DNA from: Planctomycetota bacterium
Lineage (GTDB): Bacteria; Planctomycetota; UBA1135
Length of the DNA stretch: 64,000 bases
Direction of reading: 5' to 3'
Assembly (NCBI GenBank): GCA_045047305.1
Contig: JASFYO010000004.1
Location: 16,365-80,364, forward strand
The notes beneath the pieces are model-generated. The model worked only from the letters and a program-made list of their open reading frames with translations, was not told the origin of the DNA and ran no database searches. Every line of letters begins with the position of its first letter. The first letter of the stretch is position 1. The position numbers were made by a program, and so were the translations under genes. Positions 58,371-64,000 of this stretch are shown in pieces.

Positions 58371-60272
58371 ATGACCTTTGCCCTAATCCCGAAACTTCTC
58401 CGCGTCAAAAGCTTGCTCCTTGGTTTAGCCTTTTGCGCGGTCACCTCCCCTCTCGTTGCCCAGCAAGACTTTTTTGTTTCCCCATTCGGTGACGACCTTG
58501 CCGGCGATGGATCCAGCACGGCACCATTTCGCACCGTAACGAAAGCAAATAGCGCTGCTCTGACTCCCGGCGATCGAGTCTTGATCTCACCGGGTAGTTA
58601 CGACCCAACGAGCGGAGAAATTTTCCCAATCATCTTAGGAGATGGCGTAAGTCTCATTGGACCCACTACTGGGATTGCTTCCCTGGACGGTTCTGGAGTA
58701 CTGATTCCCATCTTGGTAATTGGTACCAGCTCTGCACCGGTACACATTGAGCAGCTCCGCATTTTGGGCGATGGTGTCATCATTCAAGTCTTTGGCAACC
58801 CTGCCGAACTCCAAGTTGTGGATTGCTCCTTCCTTGGCGGAAGACGAGCGATTGACCGCGATTTCCCGGGCGATACCTCTACCCTAACTGTAGAGCGGTG
58901 CTCCTTTTTGGACATGGATGAGTATGGCATTCTATGGAAGGTCACATCTTCTGGCATCGGATCTTTAGCCGTAAATGTAAGGGATTGCATTTTCACGGGC
59001 AAAAACTTGAGCGCCAGCGGCATTGAAGTCAGCGGTATTGGGGGAACGGTATTCTCCTTAGACATCCTCCGGAACTCGGTAGAAAAATTCAAAACTGGTT
59101 TGCGCTTAGCTATCAACGGAGCTTCTAGCGATGCAAGTTTTACTGGCCTTGTTGCAAATAATAGTTTCCGAAAAGAAGATGGCAGCGGCATCGAAGTAAG
59201 GCTGGATACCCTTGGCCCCGGCGTTGCAACCGCCACGATGGATGTAGCCTTCCTTTATAACTTACTTGAAAAAAACGGGGACTTTGGCGCAGAATTCCGT
59301 TCCACCGCAAACGGTGCCGACTCCTCTTGCTTCCTAACCAGCCAGCTCCAAGGCAACACAGTCCAGCTCAATGCTAAAAGTGGTTTGTTTTTCCGAGAAA
59401 GCCTAATTCTTGGTGGCTCGAGCATCATGATTCCAGATTTGGGCGGTGGCTCTAGTGGTAGCATCGGAGGTAACACCTTCGTTTTGAACGATAACTTATA
59501 TCAATCTGGCGCAGAATTCGATCTACGCCTAGAGAGCGATGATGATATCTCGGCCCAAGGCAACTGGTGGTTCGTCTTATCCTCTGCGGCTGTCGTAATT
59601 CAAGGGATTCCATTTCTCGAATCCGAAATGAGTGCACATATTCTCGACGGCAATGACAATCCCTTCACTGGCCTGGCAGACACCTCGAACTATTTGTTTG
59701 GAGATTTGAGATTCGACCCAAGCCCACTCCGAGTCGTCGCAACAGGTAACTCCCCCTTAACCCTCGCTAGCAAAGCTGGAAGCCTTTTTGTTCCTGGGGC
59801 AGGAGTGCTCCCTTCGACTGTCCAGGTAAATGGAATCCCTATTCTGCTTTTCACCGTCAGCCCGGCTGGACATTTTCTCGACTTTACTTTGCCAAGCATT
59901 GATTTGCTTGGCGGTGGGCCGGCAAATGCAACCGTAACTTTGCCTGCAGGACAAACCGGTTCCACGACCCTGAATGTGGTTCGTACCACTGATAAAGGGC
60001 GCCTAGAATGCTTCGTGGCAACGGCTGCATTCGGAAGTCCCATGACTGAAGAGCTGGATGTACTCCGTGCGTGGCGCGACGACGTGCTAATGGAATCCCC
60101 CATCGGGCGCTGGGCAGTGAGCAAGTATTACCTTTACTCACCCCCTCTTGCCGGATGGATTGCACAGTCCCCAAAGCGTAGGGCTATGGCACGGACCATC
60201 TTGATGCCTCTGATTAAGTACATCCAGGCCACTCAGGGAAAACGTCCGTTCATTCTGACTTGCCCCTTTTAA
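58371..60272 (+). CDS. Secreted DUF1565-like right-handed beta-helix protein with C-terminal CFI-box-CTERM-like domain
   Basis: Signal peptide; GDD..GDGS...PFRTV..A, GEIFPI; C-terminal CFVATAAFGS...LRAWRD..L...GRW.V..YY..SPPLA. Start set at ATG 58371. Confidence 0.75.
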   Translation: MTFALIPKLLRVKSLLLGLAFCAVTSPLVAQQDFFVSPFGDDLAGDGSSTAPFRTVTKANSAALTPGDRVLISPGSYDPTSGEIFPIILGDGVSLIGPTTGIASLDGSGVLIPILVIGTSSAPVHIEQLRILGDGVIIQVFGNPAELQVVDCSFLGGRRAIDRDFPGDTSTLTVERCSFLDMDEYGILWKVTSSGIGSLAVNVRDCIFTGKNLSASGIEVSGIGGTVFSLDILRNSVEKFKTGLRLAINGASSDASFTGLVANNSFRKEDGSGIEVRLDTLGPGVATATMDVAFLYNLLEKNGDFGAEFRSTANGADSSCFLTSQLQGNTVQLNAKSGLFFRESLILGGSSIMIPDLGGGSSGSIGGNTFVLNDNLYQSGAEFDLRLESDDDISAQGNWWFVLSSAAVVIQGIPFLESEMSAHILDGNDNPFTGLADTSNYLFGDLRFDPSPLRVVATGNSPLTLASKAGSLFVPGAGVLPSTVQVNGIPILLFTVSPAGHFLDFTLPSIDLLGGGPANATVTLPAGQTGSTTLNVVRTTDKGRLECFVATAAFGSPMTEELDVLRAWRDDVLMESPIGRWAVSKYYLYSPPLAGWIAQSPKRRAMARTILMPLIKYIQATQGKRPFILTCPF

Positions 60273-60273
60273 T

Positions 60274-60319
60274 GCAAAGAGCCCCGGCAAGCACGTGGCC
60301 AGCCGGAGCTCTGCTTTTT
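60274..60319 (+). terminator. Probable terminator between convergent genes
   Basis: AGAGC-C-CCGGC...GCCGG-A-GCTCT stem followed by GCTTTTT. Confidence 0.5.
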
Positions 60320-60330
60320 AATTCGGATTC

Positions 60331-61977
60331 TTAGAGAATCGTAAAGTTCACAAAGTTGGAATCTTCGAATACTCCTGGCGAAGGAGATGCTGCGACTTCA
60401 AAGTAAATTGGAATTCCAATCATGCTCGGAGGAAGCGGCGGGCTAGTCCAAGATCCGGTTCCTGCAACCGTGTTGCTTCCTACACCCAATGGCGTAATGA
60501 CGCCGCCAAGGTCAAACTGATGACCGCTGAAAACGAAGCCTGTATTTGAGAAAGAATAGAGGAACCAGTAGTTCGAACTAGAGCTTGCTCCGTCCCAAGT
60601 AAAGGTCACTTGGGATCCAGCCAACCCAGTTGCAGGGCCTGCGAGAACAATGGTGTCATTTACCGGAGGTGGCGGTGGTACGTCTTCCCAGAGGAAAGCA
60701 TCAAGTACAAGGTTGGTATCGCCTGCAACCAAATTGGTCGCATGGGACTGATACGCCACTAAAGCTCCGTCTCCCGAAATCGAAGGCCGGGAACTGTTTC
60801 CGTTACCCTGTGCTCCACCCGAAGCCCCACTAATGTTGGTAGTGATTCCGGTTGTGGTGTCATGAACGAAAACATCTTCCGCAAAGTTGGTGTCGGCAGG
60901 AGACAGGTTGCTCGCAAGAGAACGGAAGGCCACTAAATGCCCATCCGTGCTCAAAGAAGGCAAGGAACTAAGTCCATTTCCTTGAACGCCTGCAGAGCTC
61001 ACGCTAACTCGAGTGGTGATACCTGAAGCAACTTCGCAAAGAAACACGTCTTCGAAAAGGTTGGTGTCTCCAGCAACCAGATTGGAAGCGATGGAACGAT
61101 ACGCGATGTAAGTGCCATCGGAGGAAATAGTTGGACGGGAGGAGATACCGTTGCCTTGAACTCCAGCGGTGCTTTGGCTGACCAAAGAGGTAACCCCAGT
61201 GGTGCGATTATGCAGAAACACGTCGCGAGCAAAGTTGAAGTCGCCCGCAATAAGGTTGGTAGCATCGGACCAGAATACGATGAGGTTACCGTCGCCAGAA
61301 ATAGCAGGGCGGTCAGAAGCATTGTTGCCCTGAATACCGAGGCTGTCCTTGCTGACCAACTCCGTAACGCCGGTCACCGTGTCATAAAGGAAGACATCGT
61401 CGATGATGCTGTTTAAATCGAAGCTAGCCAAAAGGTTGGTCGAAGCTGAGCGGTAAACGATGTAGCGGCCGTCAGCAGAAATCGACGGACGCGTACTTGC
61501 GCCATTGCCTTGGATGCCAAGGGTCGATTTACTGATAAGAGTGGTGGTGCCTAAGGTGCGATCGCGCAGAAACACGTCGCGAGTAAAATTTACGTCACCA
61601 ACTACTAAGTTCGAAGCATCACTGGCAAAAGCCACATAACGGCCATCCGAAGAAATAGCAGGGCGTTCACTTGGCCCATTACTAAAGCCACCAATCGTGT
61701 TCACCGAAATGAGTTCCACCGATCCCGTTGTGATGTCACGAACCATGACGTCTGAAACGAAGTTCAAATCGCCAGGAATAATGGTGGAGGCGTTGCTTTG
61801 AAAAGCCACAAAGTTTCCGTCTAAAGAAACCGCGGGACGTTCTGATTTGGCATCGCCTTGTGCGCCTAATGTTGAGACACTGATGCGGGAAACTGTTTGT
61901 TGCGCATGAACGCTTCCACTCAAAAAGAGTGAAAGCGCCGCGCTCAAGGGGAGGACCATGTTAAGGGGATGTTTCAT
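60331..61977 (-). CDS. Secreted TolB/PD40-like beta-propeller (seven ~56-aa repeats) with C-terminal domain
   Basis: Seven repeats of S....QGNG.S.RP.IS.DG....F.S.A.NL..GD.N...DVF; signal peptide ending SVHA. Start set at ATG 61977. Confidence 0.82.
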   Translation of the reverse strand: MKHPLNMVLPLSAALSLFLSGSVHAQQTVSRISVSTLGAQGDAKSERPAVSLDGNFVAFQSNASTIIPGDLNFVSDVMVRDITTGSVELISVNTIGGFSNGPSERPAISSDGRYVAFASDASNLVVGDVNFTRDVFLRDRTLGTTTLISKSTLGIQGNGASTRPSISADGRYIVYRSASTNLLASFDLNSIIDDVFLYDTVTGVTELVSKDSLGIQGNNASDRPAISGDGNLIVFWSDATNLIAGDFNFARDVFLHNRTTGVTSLVSQSTAGVQGNGISSRPTISSDGTYIAYRSIASNLVAGDTNLFEDVFLCEVASGITTRVSVSSAGVQGNGLSSLPSLSTDGHLVAFRSLASNLSPADTNFAEDVFVHDTTTGITTNISGASGGAQGNGNSSRPSISGDGALVAYQSHATNLVAGDTNLVLDAFLWEDVPPPPPVNDTIVLAGPATGLAGSQVTFTWDGASSSSNYWFLYSFSNTGFVFSGHQFDLGGVITPLGVGSNTVAGTGSWTSPPLPPSMIGIPIYFEVAASPSPGVFEDSNFVNFTIL

Positions 61978-61997
61978 GTTAATGATTGGAGGGATTC

Positions 61998-63098
61998 CTA
62001 GACGCGAGCGGAAGCGGTTTGAGCGGCAAAGGTCTCTTTCAGCCAAGCCATGGCTGCGTCGACGGCTTTACCTTTGTTGTAGAAGAGATCCGAAGCTGCC
62101 TCTTGGCGGATTTCGGATAATGCATCTGGTTTTGCGAGAGACTCCATGACTGCATTTGCAAGTGAGTCGACCGAGTCTACCACTAAACCCGTTTTTCTGC
62201 CCCAACTTGCCAAATCCGTCATCGAATCAGACTTACCCATAGCCTTCTCAATAAGCTTAGGTACGTCCATATAGATAATCGGGCGGTCTAGAAGACTGTA
62301 TTCGTTTGAAACCGAGGATGCGTCTGTAATCAGTAAATCAGCGGCTGCCAGAACTGGCATGACGTCGTAAGTTTGCGCCATTTTCAGGTGCGCATCTTGG
62401 ATGTCGTTGACATCCTCGGACCAGTCTTTGGATCCGTGCGGATGGTCATGTAGCTTCACTAGAATGTCGTAGCGACCAGTAGCGCGTAACTCTTCAAGCA
62501 GGGCTAAACCGTAAACATCGAGAGCGTTGTAGCGCTGGCCGGTTGGACAGAAAGCAATGACAGGGCGCGTACCATCGAAACCGAACAAATCCATAAGGGC
62601 TGTTTTCTCTAAACTGCCATCAAATAAAGGGTCTGTCTTCATAAGGCCAACCTGGACTTGGCGGGGATCTCCAACCTTCATCAAGCCCGCTTCTTCAAAC
62701 TTACGACTCATATATGGGCCAACCATCAGGTAGTGATCGGCACCCATGTTTGCTGGGCGAATGGCACGGTTACGGAACGAAATTCCATGAAAGACCTGAA
62801 CCTTTTTGCCGACGGAACGTGGTTCAAGCATGTTAGTGTTGGAACAAAACAAGACATCGAAATCTTGTTGCTTCATTTCATCTACGGGCAAAATATTCTC
62901 AGTAGGCACGCCTAGCTGAGGAAATAAGGCCAGTGGATCGTATTGGTATTCGCCTTCGCCAATCTGTTGACGGAAACCACCGGAAACAAAAATCTCTACG
63001 TTTGGATCTTTGCGCAGGGCTTCAAATAGCGGGCGGAAGCAAAGAAAGTGAACTGGTGCGTGACCAGTAAACAAGGCTCGAATGGGACGGTTAGACAT
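61998..63098 (-). CDS. CDP-glycerol:glycerophosphate transferase (TagB/TagF-like) family protein
   Basis: QVFHGI, FCPT, VKLH, ADLLITDASSVSNEY.LLDRPII. Confidence 0.78.
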   Translation of the reverse strand: MSNRPIRALFTGHAPVHFLCFRPLFEALRKDPNVEIFVSGGFRQQIGEGEYQYDPLALFPQLGVPTENILPVDEMKQQDFDVLFCSNTNMLEPRSVGKKVQVFHGISFRNRAIRPANMGADHYLMVGPYMSRKFEEAGLMKVGDPRQVQVGLMKTDPLFDGSLEKTALMDLFGFDGTRPVIAFCPTGQRYNALDVYGLALLEELRATGRYDILVKLHDHPHGSKDWSEDVNDIQDAHLKMAQTYDVMPVLAAADLLITDASSVSNEYSLLDRPIIYMDVPKLIEKAMGKSDSMTDLASWGRKTGLVVDSVDSLANAVMESLAKPDALSEIRQEAASDLFYNKGKAVDAAMAWLKETFAAQTASARV

Positions 63099-63151
63099 GG
63101 GAGGAGTCGGGGATGATGTTGTAGTTAAGCTGGAGGTATTGGCGAGAAGGA

Positions 63152-63931
63152 CTACATGGCGGAGGCGCGAAAGTTGACGACTTCTTCACCGGGGACGCCG
63201 GAAAATTGCTGCCCTAAAGCGCAAATGCTTGGCCAAATCTCTTCACGGGCTTTCTTCAGATCTTCTGGGAAATCAACTTCTGTCCAAGGTAGACCACGAA
63301 TATCAACGCAGCGAATCGAGGTCCGTCGGGCTAAGAGATTCAAAACAGCTGGGGCCCAGAGCATCGGGCCTTTTTCGACCAAAAGCTCTTCAGCGGTAGC
63401 AAACAATCGGGCAGCGCCCACCGGATCAAACTGCAACAAACCAACATTTTCGCCACAGACCAATCCTTGATCGAGCTGCTTAGAAATGGACCGAAGATAA
63501 TGGTCCGAGTGATTGATTTTCATGTGCTCTTCGTCCTGACCAGAGCCACTATCAAAGGCTAGCGCACAGCCTTCGACAGCCAATACCCGATTAAAAATGT
63601 CTGGGTGACCAACCACGTCGCCATTAACGCACACAAATGCGCCCCGTACCCAATCCTTGGTAAGAGTTAGCGAATACAGGCTGTTCGTGGTTTCATAAAT
63701 TGGGTTATGGATAACCGTAACCCCTTGGCAGCCAGCCACTTGCTGACGGACCGATTCAATATGGTGGCCTGCAACAATGCAAATCTCTTCGATCCCTGCT
63801 TGGAATAAAATTCCGAGCTGGAGCTCGAGTAGGGTGCGGCCTCCGATGTTCAGGAGACACTTTGGGGAATCGTTTCCGACCTCTCCCAATCGATTACCGC
63901 GCCCTGCGGCAAGAATGACTGCTTGTTTCAT
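63152..63931 (-). CDS. LicC-like phosphocholine/phosphonate cytidylyltransferase-family NTP transferase
   Basis: ILAAGRGNRL, PKCLL, NSLYSL, NGD, WTEVDFPEDL. Confidence 0.8.
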   Translation of the reverse strand: MKQAVILAAGRGNRLGEVGNDSPKCLLNIGGRTLLELQLGILFQAGIEEICIVAGHHIESVRQQVAGCQGVTVIHNPIYETTNSLYSLTLTKDWVRGAFVCVNGDVVGHPDIFNRVLAVEGCALAFDSGSGQDEEHMKINHSDHYLRSISKQLDQGLVCGENVGLLQFDPVGAARLFATAEELLVEKGPMLWAPAVLNLLARRTSIRCVDIRGLPWTEVDFPEDLKKAREEIWPSICALGQQFSGVPGEEVVNFRASAM

Positions 63932-64000
63932 GGTTCGTAGTGAGTTATGGGGCGGCGAAGAGCCACCCAGTACCCGAACTAGGCAAGAAGTGTGCCAAAG

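Noticed and set aside
60690..61900. Periodic ~168-bp repeats, considered as a possible CRISPR or tandem array
   Set aside because: Degenerate, in-frame coding repeats of a beta-propeller; no identical repeats with unique spacers and no cas genes.
1..64000. tRNA, rRNA, IS elements, prophage or defence systems
   Set aside because: None recognised. Intergenic gaps are short and no transposase, integrase or structural RNA signatures were seen, though covariance-model searches were not run.

Overview
Gene-dense, mostly core-metabolic bacterial window. The style of the secreted proteins (HEAT-vWA, DxDxDG propeller, PD40 propeller) suggests an uncultured Planctomycetota lineage; this is inference only. 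Contents in order: (i) secreted/surface proteins (1-5567); (ii) lpdA-lipB-ADP-forming acyl-CoA ligase, icd, a prephenate dehydrogenase-chorismate mutase fusion with DAHP synthase I, and a radical SAM gene; (iii) a ~14 kb alternative complex III plus A2-type caa3 oxidase operon (actA, actB, actC, actDE with an extra cytochrome c, actF, small subunit, SCO, coxII, coxI, coxIII, coxIV, second coxIII, methyltransferase); (iv) a lipA-E1alpha-E1beta-E2-E1alpha 2-oxoacid dehydrogenase operon; (v) a NorC/NorB-like pair whose catalytic subunit has lost canonical metal ligands; (vi) a trp operon (trpE, G, D, C, F-B fusion, A, chorismate mutase-like, DAHP synthase II, sulfatase-like) behind a Trp leader peptide and attenuator missing from the ORF track as such; (vii) a sigma70-family factor with a CxxC-x7-CxxC insert, mutS, a COG3014-YcfL-YcfL-LpoB lipoprotein cluster, M28 peptidase, acyl-CoA dehydrogenase, alkA, two more secreted proteins and a LicC-like/TagF-like pair. 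I recognised no rRNA, tRNA, CRISPR array or transposase/integrase. Best novelty candidates: the rewired NorBC-like heme-copper-oxidase-superfamily enzyme, the Cys4 sigma factor, a shared C-terminal domain on unrelated secreted proteins, and the apparently leaderless trp attenuator. All assignments come from motif recognition by eye; no database searches were run.
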